Shown here in pieces: positions 22,010 through 32,900 of a DNA stretch of 64,000 bases. Source of the DNA: Blastocladiella emersonii ATCC 22665. Lineage: Eukaryota; Fungi; Blastocladiomycota. Both the position numbers and the translations under genes were made by a program. Positions within the stretch are counted from its first letter, which is position 1; every line of letters starts with the position of its first letter. The notes under the pieces are model-generated. The model had not been told where the DNA came from. It searched no databases and worked only from the letters and a program-made list of their open reading frames with translations. Where the stretch lies: the NCBI GenBank assembly GCA_025594325.1, contig JANHCV010000006.1, positions 1,957,496-2,021,495 on the forward strand, read 5' to 3'.

Positions 22010-23740
22010 CAGGCGAGCGCGGTGGCGGCGCGAGGACGGAGGCGGCGACGCGTCGTCGCGATCCGCAGCAGCGGGCGGGCGGGCGACCAGAATGGGGCCG
22101 AGGGCGAAACATGGCGGCGGCCGCAGCGGTTGCGGGCAGTGACGCCCTTGCATTGAGTTGCATGATGTTTCTGCGCGGGGGCGGCGGGAGAGAGCGAGGA
22201 GTGCGGGCAGGAGCGGCGCTGTGGCGCCCACTCGGCCGCGGCGACGCGTCAGCAAGCCACGCGTGACGCGGCCCGTCCTGCAGTCCTGCACCGCGACCTG
22301 CACCGCGACCTGCACGCGGCCGGCCGCAGCAGCAGGATTCGCCCCCGCCGGCACCGGCGACGGTGATGAACGTTCCCGCTAACCACCCCGTGCAATATGG
22401 ACAGCGTCGCCGGCCCTGCAGGGCCCGCCGCGTGCGCCACTCGGTCGGCCCTGAGCGCGCCGCGGTGCCCTCGCCATCGTCGAGGTGTTGCCGTCGTGGT
22501 GCCGTCGCGGACCCTGAGGAAGCGCGAGGGAAGTCAACGACGGCGTGAAGCACCACCAAAGTCTCCCGGACATCACGTCGCGTCCATCGCGCTCGCCGTG
22601 CGTGCAGTGCCGATCGCGCCGTGTCTACGCCTCGGCCGCCGCGCCAGCGCCCGCTGCCGCGCCCGATGCGCTGTGGCGGCGACCACGGCAACGTTGCAGC
22701 CGTGTGGCGAGAATGTGTGGCGGACATGCGTAGCGAGCCCTGCAGGATTCCAGCCGTGACCGTGGCCACGCGGTGCCGTCACATTTCTCGCCCGCACGTT
22801 CTCCTGCTGCCCTGGATGAAATGAAATCGATGACCCATCGTCGACGCCGACCGCCACCTCGAGCCGCAGTCGCCATCGAGGCCGTGGTCGCCGCCGCCGA
22901 CCAGGCCGCCCGCCGACTTCTCTCTTCTCGCCTTGTCGCATCGTCTTCGTCCATGTATCGTTCGCGGGTTGCGGCTCGGCCTTGACCTTGACGCGTCTTC
23001 TGCCCTGTTCGTCGACGGCGAGCCGAGAACAGTCGTCACGGTCATGATCCGCGATCAGCCTTCCTTGGGCCATCGCGACGACTGCGGCCGCCGAGCCGCT
23101 CCCCGAAGCCGACCGTCTGCTCTCCCCGCGTTGCTACTCTATGCCGTGTCCGCCCTCGGCCGCTCATTCTCGGCATCATCTCGGCCATCATGTGGCCGGC
23201 TTTTGTTGAACGTCCCGACTCAGCGGCCGTTCCTCTTCTCGCCATCCACGGCCACGGCCACGACACGCTCGTCGCATCCTTTTTTGAACTTGAGCGCCTG
23301 CCGCCGCCTTGATTTCGGCCGGATTCTTGTCCATCGCGAGGTGCGCCGCCGAGCGGATCCGCAAGCGTCCGCTGCGACGCCACCTCGCCTCGGATGCTCT
23401 CGCAGTCACCGACGACGCGTCGCGACGTCGCCAAGACGCGGATCTCTCTCATTCTGACTCTCAGCGCCGTGTCGGCCGCCTCAGTCACGCACGTCGTGGC
23501 ACACCTCGCGCTTCGAACCAGCGTCAGAACACACGGCGAGCGATCCCATTTGAAGTATATTTTGGTTGGCCGGCCGGTCCATGACTTCGGCGCTGGCGCA
23601 AGGCTTCGGCGTTACTGTAGATACATAGATATAAAAGAGAAGAAGATGGCGATGAAGAAAAGCAAAGCGACACCCAGAAAACTCGTCCCGTTCCCGTTCC
23701 CGCGCTCGCGCGACCCGCGCGGCAGCAGCGACGGCATCGG

Positions 23741-24910
23741 TTACTCGACGCGCGCGCGCTTGGCGGCGGGTTCGGCCGAGACGGCCCTTGGGCGCTCCGC
23801 CGACGCGGACGAGGAGGACGCGCGGCGGTACTGGTCGTCGTCGTCGTCCGAGGACGCGACGTTATCCCCGCTCGACGTGTCGTCGGCCTCGAACTCGTCG
23901 CGGCGGCGGCGGCGGCGGCCGTTGCCCGCGGTGGGCGAGGGCGGTGCGGAGCTGGACGGCGAGCGGATGCGCAGCATCTTGACGCCGGACTTGAAAGCCT
24001 GGACGAACCCCTTGACGTAGTGCGACGACTTGTGCTCCCAGGCGCGGACCGTCTCGCGCCACTCGTCCTTCCACTCGGCGACCTCGGCCTTGATCTCGTC
24101 CTTGATCTCCTGGACCGACTTTTCGACGGCGAGGCGCTTCTCGGTGAAGAAGCCGATGTTGAGCTCGCGCGGCGACACGCCGCGGGCGAGGTTGCGGCGC
24201 AGGTACTTGTCGTAGTCGCGCACGATGCGGGTGATCATGTCCGAGGTGGAGACCCCGTCGGTGCGCTTGGTCGGGAGGAAGCGGCCCTGCTGCTTGACAA
24301 AGGCGTACACGTCGGCCACGTCGCCGGCGGCGTAGGGGATGTCGTCGTGGGCGACGTAGTCGATCTGGTGCTTGTCGAGGAACTCCTGGGTCACGATCCA
24401 CGGCGCGTCCTCGACCACCTCGTCGACCCACTTGCAGTGCGCGACGCTCGCGTACCGCTCTACGTCGGTCATGACCGTCTTGCCCTTGCGCGCGTGCGTC
24501 TCGCGGTCGCTGCACACGCCGACCAGCAGGTACACGTCGGGGAACGCCTGCTTGGCCTGCTGCAGCGCGCGCGCGTGCCCGTAGTGGAACAGGTCGTAGA
24601 TGCCGTCGCAGTAGATGCGCACGGGCCGCCCCGTCGGCGGCGCGTTGATCGAGTACGTGGTCGCCGACACGTCGACCGACGGCGACTGCAGCACCGCGTC
24701 GGGGATGTGCGGCGTCGATGCGCCCGATGCGGACGCGGACGCCGTGCCGGGAGCGGCTGCAGCGGCGGAAGCAGACGCGGAGGCGGCCGACACGGCCGAC
24801 GTGTCGTCGGCGGCGGACATGGCCGACGTGTCGTCGGCGGCGGACATGGCCGAGATCGAGTCGGCCGTCGACAGCGGAGTCTCAGGGCGGGAACTGGATG
24901 GCGTTGACAT
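23741..24910 (-). CDS. PCT1: Choline-phosphate cytidylyltransferase (PCT1/PCYT1)
   Basis: [26 protein letters not shown] (HxGH motif), [24 protein letters not shown] and [19 protein letters not shown]. The start is taken at [12 protein letters not shown]. Confidence 0.93.
   Translation of the reverse strand: MSTPSSSRPETPLSTADSISAMSAADDTSAMSAADDTSAVSAASASASAAAAAPGTASASASGASTPHIPDAVLQSPSVDVSATTYSINAPPTGRPVRIYCDGIYDLFHYGHARALQQAKQAFPDVYLLVGVCSDRETHARKGKTVMTDVERYASVAHCKWVDEVVEDAPWIVTQEFLDKHQIDYVAHDDIPYAAGDVADVYAFVKQQGRFLPTKRTDGVSTSDMITRIVRDYDKYLRRNLARGVSPRELNIGFFTEKRLAVEKSVQEIKDEIKAEVAEWKDEWRETVRAWEHKSSHYVKGFVQAFKSGVKMLRIRSPSSSAPPSPTAGNGRRRRRRDEFEADDTSSGDNVASSDDDDDQYRRASSSSASAERPRAVSAEPAAKRARVE
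24794..24853 (-). repeat. 27-nt tandem duplication (MSAADDTSA x2) in the PCT1 N-terminal tail
   Basis: ggccgacgtgtcgtcggcggcggacat occurs twice head to tail, followed by ggccga. Confidence 0.9.
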
Positions 24911-25216
24911 GGTTGATGCGTAGCGAATGTTGTGCAAGGAGAGGGAGGGGGAGCGCGAGGTGCCGGATGAGGGGAGGGGAGCGGCGGCGCTGTGCGCGGC
25001 CGTGTGAAAAACCTTGGGCGGCGAATCGCCTTCCCTGCGCGGGCGCCGCCGACTGAAACGGGGGCGTCGTGTCCTCGCGACGCCCACCTCGTCCCTGTGT
25101 CCGTTCCGACTTGGACCCAGCGGCAGAATCTGCGCGCCATGATGTAGTGATGTCACAGGGAATTCGTTGTATTGTATGAGATACAGATGCAATCGACCAC
25201 GGCGAGCGACGACAAC

Positions 25217-28200
25217 CTAGTCCTCCTCGGCCTCGTACTCGGCCTCGGCGCCGGCCAGCGCCGACGTCGGCGACGCGGCCCGGCCAAACGCCGGCGACGG
25301 CACGGGCGACGCGCCCGCGGCCATGCCCGACGCGGACGCGACGCGCGGCAGGCCCGCCCACTCGCGCATCACGTCCACGACGTGGTGCGGCGACTGTACA
25401 TGCCAGTCGGCCAGCGTGCGCTTGGTGCTCGACCCGACCGTCACCGTCCACGCGTGCCGCGGGTGGTACCGGTCGCGCGCTGCGCCGTGCTCGCCCGTCG
25501 TCGGGCTCGTGGCCGCCGACGCAGACGCGGACGCGGTGGGCGCCGCTGTGGTGGTGGGTGCCGCCGCGTCGAGCTGGTGGCCGAGCAGGAGCACCTCGTC
25601 GGCCTTGGCCTCGCCCTCACCGCCGTCGACGCTGCCAGCCGCGACCGCCGCCGCCGCCTCGGCCGCCGACTGGTGCAGCGCGCGGAACATGTCCTCGTCG
25701 GTGCGGTCGTCGCCGACGCAGAAAACGTACTCGAAGCGCGCGCCGGGCGGCGCCGCCGTCGCCAGCAGCCGCTTGACAATCTCGCCCTTGTTGACGGCAA
25801 TCGGGCGCACCTCGAGGTTCTTCTTGCCGACCAGGATCTCGAGCGGCCGCTTGCTGAGCGTCGAGTTCTCGAGGTGATTCTGGCACTCGCGCGCCTGGAA
25901 CGCGCCGAAACTCGGGTCGGCGAGCCGGTAGTGCCACGTCACCGAGCACCGCTTGTGCTCGATAAACGACCCGGGCGTGCGCTCCGTGTAGAAGTTGAAG
26001 ATGTCGACCACCTCGGGCTTCCACACGGCCGGGTCGTCGCCGTGCTCCTCGGTCAGGTCGAGCCACCCGCGAGCGTCGTACGGGTACTTGAGGAACGACC
26101 CATGCTCGGCGCTGAGCCCGAGCCCGTCAATGTGGCCGACCCACGCGTCGAGCGTCGCCTGGTCGCGCCCGCTGATCACGAACACGCGGTTCGCCGGGTC
26201 CGCGCACAGGGCCGCCAGCGCCTCGAGCAGCTCGGGCGTCGGCCGCGCCATCTCGGGCACCTTGACGATTGGCCTACACGTATGGGTGTGCGTGTGGGGT
26301 GAGTCAAGTGGATCGCGACACAGCGTTGAGACAAGAGAAATGAAGACGTACGAGAGCGTCCCGTCGTAGTCGAACAGAATCAGGCGCATCGGCCGCAGCG
26401 CGCCGTCCTCACCGCCCAAATCGGCGACGGACGCGCGGTACTCGGCGAGACACCGCTCGCGATGGAGGTACGGCGTCGTGTGCGCGTCGAGGGCGCCGCC
26501 CGCGCCGCTCTGCAGCCGGGCACGCGTGCCGACGAGCGCGCGCGCAAACGACCGCGCCCACTGCGGCGCCGTGTACCGGGCAACGTGGTCCATCATCTGG
26601 TGGTGGCGCGCAAACTTCTCCTCGCGCGGGATCGTGAGCGCGTCGTGCAGGGCGGCCGCGACGCCGGCAAAGTCCCACGGGTTGACGAGCATGGCGCCCG
26701 ACAGCGAGCCCGCCGTGCCCGTGAACTCGGACAGGATCAGCGGCGCCATGTGCTCCTGCTGGCACACGACAAACTCGTGCGACGTGGTGTTCATGCCGTC
26801 ACGCACCGACGTGATGAGCCCCGCGTCGGCCGCCGTCAGCAGCGCATAGTACTCGTCGGGCGCGATCGCGCGGTGGATGTGGTGCACGGGCTGGAAGTCG
26901 AGCGAGCCGTACTTGCCGTTGATGTTGGCGACGAGCTCCGACACCTTGGCCTCGAGCTTGGCCGCGCTCAGCCCGCCGCCAATACCCGCGGACCCGCCGC
27001 TGCCACCGGAACCCGAGGAGGCCGCGATCGACGCGCCGCCGCCGCCGCCGCCGCCCGCGTCGCCGGGGAGCACGAGCTGGCCGCCCGTGGTGGTGGGCGA
27101 GGTGACCTGGATCAGCACCACCTTGCCGCGCCACTCGGGGTACGTCTCGAGGAACTGGCCAAACGCCTTGAGCTTCTGGTGCACGCCGCGCATCTGGTCG
27201 AGCTTGTCGCGGCCGACCACGATGCGCTTGCCCGCGTACATGTCGCGCAGGGCGGCGGCCTTTTCGGCGACGGCGGGGGCGCGGCGCTTGACCTCGGTGC
27301 GCTGCGCGTCGATGCCGATCGGGAAGATGCCGACGGCGACGTGGTGGCCGTGGAAGTCGATGCCCGTGGGCGACGACTCGAGGCCGAGCACGCGGGTGCA
27401 GCACGACACAAAGTGGCGGCAGTACGAGTAGGTCTGGAAGCCGACGAGCGAGGCGCCCAGGATGCCCTCGAGCAGCGGGGTGCGCTTGGGCAGGCACCGG
27501 AACACCTCGGACGACGGGAAGGGCGTGTGGATGAAGAGGCCGATGGCGGCGAGGTGCGCCGTCTCCTCGCCGTGGACGCGGGCGAGCTCGGCGCGCAGCA
27601 GCGAGGGCGCGAGCAGCAGGTGGTAGTCGTGGACCCAGATGAGGTCGCCCTGCGGGTCGTAGTGCTCGGCGGCGACCTGGGCAAACGCGAGGTTGACGCG
27701 CTCGTAGGCGGCCCAGTCGAGCAGCTCGCGGCGGCCGTCCGTGGCACCGTCCCACAGAATGTAGTGGAAGAGCGGCCACAGCGTCGACTTGCAGTACCCC
27801 GAGTAGTGCTTGCTGGCCGTGTCGTCGTCGACGAGCACGGGGATGCACCGCTGCTCGCGCCACAGCAGGTCGGCGAGCTCGGCGCGGTCCGCAGCCGACA
27901 GCTCGTACTGCTCGACGATGCGGCCGTGCGAGTCGACGATCGGGCCGAGGGTGCCAATGTAGACGGACTCGTGGAAGGGTCCGGTGGCCGCGCTCGCTGT
28001 AGATGCAGGGTCGGTGGGTGCCGATGCAGCGTCGCACGCGTCGGGCGAGGCGGCGGCCTTGTGGGCGAGCGACTGGATGCCGGCGTAGAGGGCCGAGTGG
28101 CCGCGGCGCGGGGCGAGGGCCCAGCGCGGGGTCGGCGGGGTCGCGGGCGAGATGGCGGCGGCGGCCGCAGCGGGATCAGCGGACGCGTTGTCGGGCGAGT

Positions 28201-28777
28201 CGTTGAGGGCGCTGGTGGAGCCGCCGTGCGTGGCGCCCGCCGAGCTGACGCCGGACCCGGGGGCGGGCGAGGACGTGGAGGCCGAGGCCGAGGTCGGGAG
28301 CAGGCGCAGGGCGGGCGGGTTGGCCGAGGCGTTGGCGGCGCGGGCGCGGTGCTGCTGGTCGCGCAGCTGCTGGGCCTGGATCTCGCCGAGCGCGGCCACG
28401 AGCGCCGAGGCCTTGACGCCGGCGGCGGCGGTAGCAGCGGCAGCGGCAGCGGCGGGCGCGTCGGTGATGATGGGGGCGGCGTGGGCGAGGGTGGGCAGGA
28501 CCGCGTTGTGGGTCGAGGCGCGCGAGTGGCGGCGCGACGAGGCGCCCGAGACGGACGCGGAGCCGGCCATGCTGGAGCCGGCGACGGCCGACGACAGGCC
28601 CGTGAGCGGGTGGCCGCCGAGGCGCGCGTCGGCGGGCACGTCGAGGAGCACGGCCTGCACGGGCAGCGTGTGCAGCAGGTGCAGGATGCGGCCGGCGGCG
28701 CACGGCGCGGCGGTGCAAGCGGCAGCGGCAGCGGCAGCGCCGGGCCCGGGGATCGCGGTGATGCTGGGCGGGACCAT
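25217..28777 (-). CDS. TPS2: Trehalose-6-phosphate phosphatase, TPS2 type (GT20 synthase-like domain plus HAD phosphatase)
   Basis: LWPLFHY, WVHDYHLLL, FIHTPFPSSEVFRCLP, GRDKLD and DGMNTTSHEF (TPS2-type variants). HAD motifs FDYDGTL, SAEHG and GDDRTDEDMF. Probable 78-nt in-frame intron at 26351-26274. Confidence 0.9.
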   Translation of the reverse strand: MVPPSITAIPGPGAAAAAAACTAAPCAAGRILHLLHTLPVQAVLLDVPADARLGGHPLTGLSSAVAGSSMAGSASVSGASSRRHSRASTHNAVLPTLAHAAPIITDAPAAAAAAATAAAGVKASALVAALGEIQAQQLRDQQHRARAANASANPPALRLLPTSASASTSSPAPGSGVSSAGATHGGSTSALNDSPDNASADPAAAAAAISPATPPTPRWALAPRRGHSALYAGIQSLAHKAAASPDACDAASAPTDPASTASAATGPFHESVYIGTLGPIVDSHGRIVEQYELSAADRAELADLLWREQRCIPVLVDDDTASKHYSGYCKSTLWPLFHYILWDGATDGRRELLDWAAYERVNLAFAQVAAEHYDPQGDLIWVHDYHLLLAPSLLRAELARVHGEETAHLAAIGLFIHTPFPSSEVFRCLPKRTPLLEGILGASLVGFQTYSYCRHFVSCCTRVLGLESSPTGIDFHGHHVAVGIFPIGIDAQRTEVKRRAPAVAEKAAALRDMYAGKRIVVGRDKLDQMRGVHQKLKAFGQFLETYPEWRGKVVLIQVTSPTTTGGQLVLPGDAGGGGGGGASIAASSGSGGSGGSAGIGGGLSAAKLEAKVSELVANINGKYGSLDFQPVHHIHRAIAPDEYYALLTAADAGLITSVRDGMNTTSHEFVVCQQEHMAPLILSEFTGTAGSLSGAMLVNPWDFAGVAAALHDALTIPREEKFARHHQMMDHVARYTAPQWARSFARALVGTRARLQSGAGGALDAHTTPYLHRERCLAEYRASVADLGGEDGALRPMRLILFDYDGTLSYVFISLVSTLCRDPLDSPHTHTHTCRPIVKVPEMARPTPELLEALAALCADPANRVFVISGRDQATLDAWVGHIDGLGLSAEHGSFLKYPYDARGWLDLTEEHGDDPAVWKPEVVDIFNFYTERTPGSFIEHKRCSVTWHYRLADPSFGAFQARECQNHLENSTLSKRPLEILVGKKNLEVRPIAVNKGEIVKRLLATAAPPGARFEYVFCVGDDRTDEDMFRALHQSAAEAAAAVAAGSVDGGEGEAKADEVLLLGHQLDAAAPTTTAAPTASASASAATSPTTGEHGAARDRYHPRHAWTVTVGSSTKRTLADWHVQSPHHVVDVMREWAGLPRVASASGMAAGASPVPSPAFGRAASPTSALAGAEAEYEAEED

Positions 28778-29677
28778 GGTTCGGTTCCGTCGTGGTCGGT
28801 GGTGTCGATGCGTTGCAGGGACTAGAGCATGGATTGATTGCGTGGAGGGAGCGAGGGCGCGGGGAGGGAGGGCGCGAGAGTTAGCTCGCAGCGGAGCAGA
28901 GCGTGTCTTGCAGGCGCTCGCACCAGAGGGAATGGGATGGAGATGGACGCGAGACGAGGCGATGGACGCGAGACCTGGCGGGAGGTGGGGGCGTGGCCCG
29001 CTTTTGTACTCTGGCCGCGGTCGGATGGAAACGCGTCGAAAGCGAAGCCTGGCGACGCGTCGGTCGTCCTTCTCGTCGTCCCTGGACTCAAGCGTATCGG
29101 CGGCGCCACGGACGGGGTGATTGGCGGGACCGACGCTGGCCGCGGCCGGCGAGTCGCGATAGCGTGGGCTCGGCGGGCCGTGACCTCACCAAGCACACGC
29201 CGCGCGACGCGTCTCGATAACGGCCAGGGATCGACGGCCTCACGTGGACCAGCTCAGCCAATCGTCGCATGTCTCGCGGCGTGTCTCACACCCGAGCATC
29301 GCCGACCGAGCGCGCTGCCGGCCGCGTCCAGCGAGGACGTGGGCAAGGACGGGAGCATGAGATGGGGGCGGTGCGAACGAGAGTTGGTCGCTTGTGAACC
29401 GGTGCGGCGGCGAAGTGGTTCACCGGGGCAGGGCGACCCCAACTCGGTGCAACGAGTAGCGCCGGCTTTGGCGGTCGCAGGCGTGGCCTCGAAGCGGGTA
29501 ACAGGCGACGTGGGCGACGTGGGTGAGCGGGCGCGCCGCCGCTGTCTCCCGCGCGCGCGGACGAGACGCGGCTGGAGGTAACGCGCACGTGGGCGCAGTG
29601 TCATGGCCGTCACGGCACGACCCAGTCGCGGTCGGCCTGCCGTGCGCGCGCGCGCTCCCTTCTCCCGCTCCCACTAA

Positions 29678-29685
29678 TATATAAA
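29678..29685 (+). promoter_or_regulatory. TATA box candidate upstream of MOT1
   Basis: TATATAAA about 250 bp before the ATG at 29936, in GC-rich context. Confidence 0.55.
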
Positions 29686-29935
29686 CCGCGTCGCACCCCC
29701 GCGCCCCCGCACCTGTTACCATGTATCGATCAACCGATCCGCCCCCGGCCCGCTGAGGCACCGCTGCCTCCCTTGCCCGCCCGCCCTCGGTCTGCGCTCG
29801 CTGCCCGCGGTTGCTGCGCACCTGTCCCTGCCGACCGCTGCTCCCTCTCCCCCTGCCCCGCCGACCCCCCTTGCCACTTGCCGCACGCGGCACCGGATCC
29901 CCCGATCCACCGCCCGCCGCCCGATCTGCGCGCCA

Positions 29936-32900
29936 TGGATTCGGCGGCCGCCCCTCCCGCGCCCGCCGCGGGTGCCGCCAAGGCCGGCGCGACGCGGCTC
30001 GACCGCCTGTTCCAGCTGCTCGACGCGCCCGCCTCCACCCCGGCCATCCGCGCCGCCGCCGCCAACCAGATCGCCGACCTCGCCGCCGGCCCCGACGGCG
30101 CCCTGCCCGGCATCGTGCGCCGCCTGCTGCCCCTCTTCCGCTCCAAGCTGTGGACCTCGCGCTCCGCCGCCGCCCAGGCCCTCGAGCTCATTGCCCGCAA
30201 GACCCTCTCCTCGTGGGACCCCGCCGCACCGCTCGACCCGCTGCCCGACCCCGTCCCCGATGCGCATGCCCTCGCGGCCCACTCGGCCGCCTGGGCTACC
30301 GCCGACCTCGCTGCCCTGCTCGACGTCGCCGCCACCATGGCCCTCCCGCGCCTGCTCGCCACCCGCGACAACGTCCCCAACCTCTCCGGCGTCGACCTGC
30401 ACCACGCCGCAGTCCAGCGCGCCGCCATCCTGCGCAACCTCGGCATCTCGCCCGACCTCGTCGATGGTACTTGCGCGCTCGACCCACTCACTTCCTTGCG
30501 AATCCAAACTGACATCCGTCCTCCCATCGCATCGGTCTAGGTTCCTTTGCACCTGCACCTCCCGCTGATCCCGCTCCGGCACTCGCTCCGACACCGGTCG
30601 CTGCGACCCCCGCCAAGTCAGCTCGCGGTCGTGCCCGTGGTGCTGCTGCCGCGCGCGACCTGCCCAACACCCCCTCCTCGAGCACCTCGTCGCCCGCCCT
30701 CGCGCCTGCTGCTACGACGGCCACTCCGCCGCCACCGCAGCATGTTCCGACACCCGCCGACGACCCCGCCGCCATCGAGGCCGCCCTCGCTGACCACGCC
30801 CTCAGCGCGCGCGAGAAGAATGCCCTCAAGCGCAAACTCAAGCAGCTCAAGCGCACCGCGAGCGATGCGTCCATATCCGCCGCTCGCGCTACCCCGCCGC
30901 CACCGGCCGCTGCTCCTGCACCTGCTGCTGCTGCTCCGCCGGCACGCCCCGTCAAGCGCGCGCGCATCCAGTCGTCCAGCTCGCTTGCCCCCTCCTCGGA
31001 CCTCGCCGCCGTGTCCAGCGACGTCGTCATGTCCGAGGCCGACTCGGGCCCCGCTGAGCCCGTCATCATCGCGTACCGCGGCGGCGCACCCGCACCGACT
31101 GCTCCGGCGACCGAGCAGCCCGACGCCGAGCCCGCGACACCGGTCCCGTGCTGGCCGTTCCAGGCCCTGTGCGACCTCCTGTGCCACGACCTCGCCGATC
31201 CCACCTGGGAGGTCCGCCACGGTGCCGCCATCGGCATCCGCGAGCTCATCAAGGTCCAGGGCCACCTCGCCGGCCGCGTCGGTGCCGCCCTCGTCGACAC
31301 CGCAATTAACGACAACCTGAACCGCCGCTACCTGCACCACGTCGCGCGCACCCTCATCGTCGTCCTCGCCCGCGACCGCTTCAGCGACTTCATCAACGAC
31401 ACGGTCACCGTCCCCGTGCGCGAGTCGTGCGCCCAGGCGCTCGGCGTCATCGCCAAGCACCTCTCGCTCGACGACCTCGAGGCCCTGCACAAGCAGCTCG
31501 TCGCCCTCTCCGACTTTGCTATGCAGTCGGGCCTCGCCGTCCCGCACAAGAACCCCAAGGCCGACCGCTCCGTGTGGGCCCTCATGCTCTCGGCCCTCCT
31601 CGGCATCAAGTACCTGCTCGCCGTGCGCCAGGACGCCCACGACCGCCTCTTCCTCAAGTCGTTTGCCACCATTGGCTTCGGCCTGCAGAACACGGACGAC
31701 GACGTGCGCGCCGTCGCGTCCGCCGCCATGCTCCCGCTCGTCGGCACCCTCGTCGAGAAGGCGAGCTTTGGCGAGCTGAGCCTCCTTCTGCAGTTCCTCA
31801 AAAAGTGCCTCGACTCGTGCGACGACCTGAGCGCCTCCACCAGCTCCGTCATGGACCTGCTCGCCGCCCTGTCCGAGTCGCCGCGCGTCGCCCGCATCCT
31901 GATCCCGCTGCTGAAACCCGTCCCGGGCGCGTCCACCGGCGACGTCTCGCCGCCCGAGCCGCCCAAGCCGCCGCTCCTCGGCCTGCCCCCGCTCTTGTAC
32001 AAGTTCTTCCGCCACCCGCTCGCCTGCGTGCGCGTCGCCGTCGTGCGCATGTTCAAGGCGTTCATGGCCATCGAGGCCGTCACGGAGCCGCGCCAGGAAA
32101 CGTGGTGGATCCGCCACGAGCCGCTGCGCCACGTCTTCCAGAACTTTTTGTTCGAGGAGGCCGACCCCGCCGTCATCGACGTGACCTCGGACCTCTGGCG
32201 CGCCATGGTCGACTATCTCGCCGTCCACGGCGCCCTGCCGCCCATCTTCGCGCCGCTGTTCCAGGCCATGCTCCAGCTCGCCTTCACCCCCATTGGCACC
32301 GCGCTTGACTGCGACTTGCTCCTGTTCGCCCCGCACGACGAGGCGGCGGCCGCGAGTCGCCGCCCGCAGCCTCGGCCCGCCGCTGATGCCGTCGCCAGCA
32401 AGCCCGCAGCAGCAACTGGGCGTGGTCGCGGCCGCGCTCGCGGGCGTGGTGGCAGTCGCGGCGGGTCTTCGGTGCCCGTCTCGCCGGCGCTCTCCCACGG
32501 CTCGGTTGCTGGGAACGGCTTCGACGAGGCGTACGACGCCAAGGGCATGTCCAAGCTCGACCCCGCCGAGTTCTCGTACGACCGCGCCATGATCAAGCAA
32601 GACCTCGCCGTGCTCTCGCCGCGCGCCATTCTACACGGCCGGCTCGTCGCATGCAAGGCGCTGGGCTACGCCCTCGCCAAGTGGCCGCCCGCCCCGGCAC
32701 TCGCCCCCGAGACGGCGCTCTCGGAGCTCACCGAGTACCTTGACACGGACTGGGCCTTCCAGCGCCAGCTCGCCGCACTCGTGCTGCAGGAGTACGCGGT
32801 CGCGCGCCGCGCCGTCTCGGCCACCCCCGAGTCCGAGGACCCCGCGTCCGTGTTCCCGCAGTTTGCCGCCGTCATCGCCAAGCTGCACGCCGTGCTCGCG

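Noticed and set aside
21787-23740. About 2-kb gene-free interval with several short ORFs and a small (TGCACCGCGACC)n repeat near 22287-22315
   Set aside because: No coding signal; most simply the upstream regulatory region of the secreted gene plus the PCT1 3' UTR.
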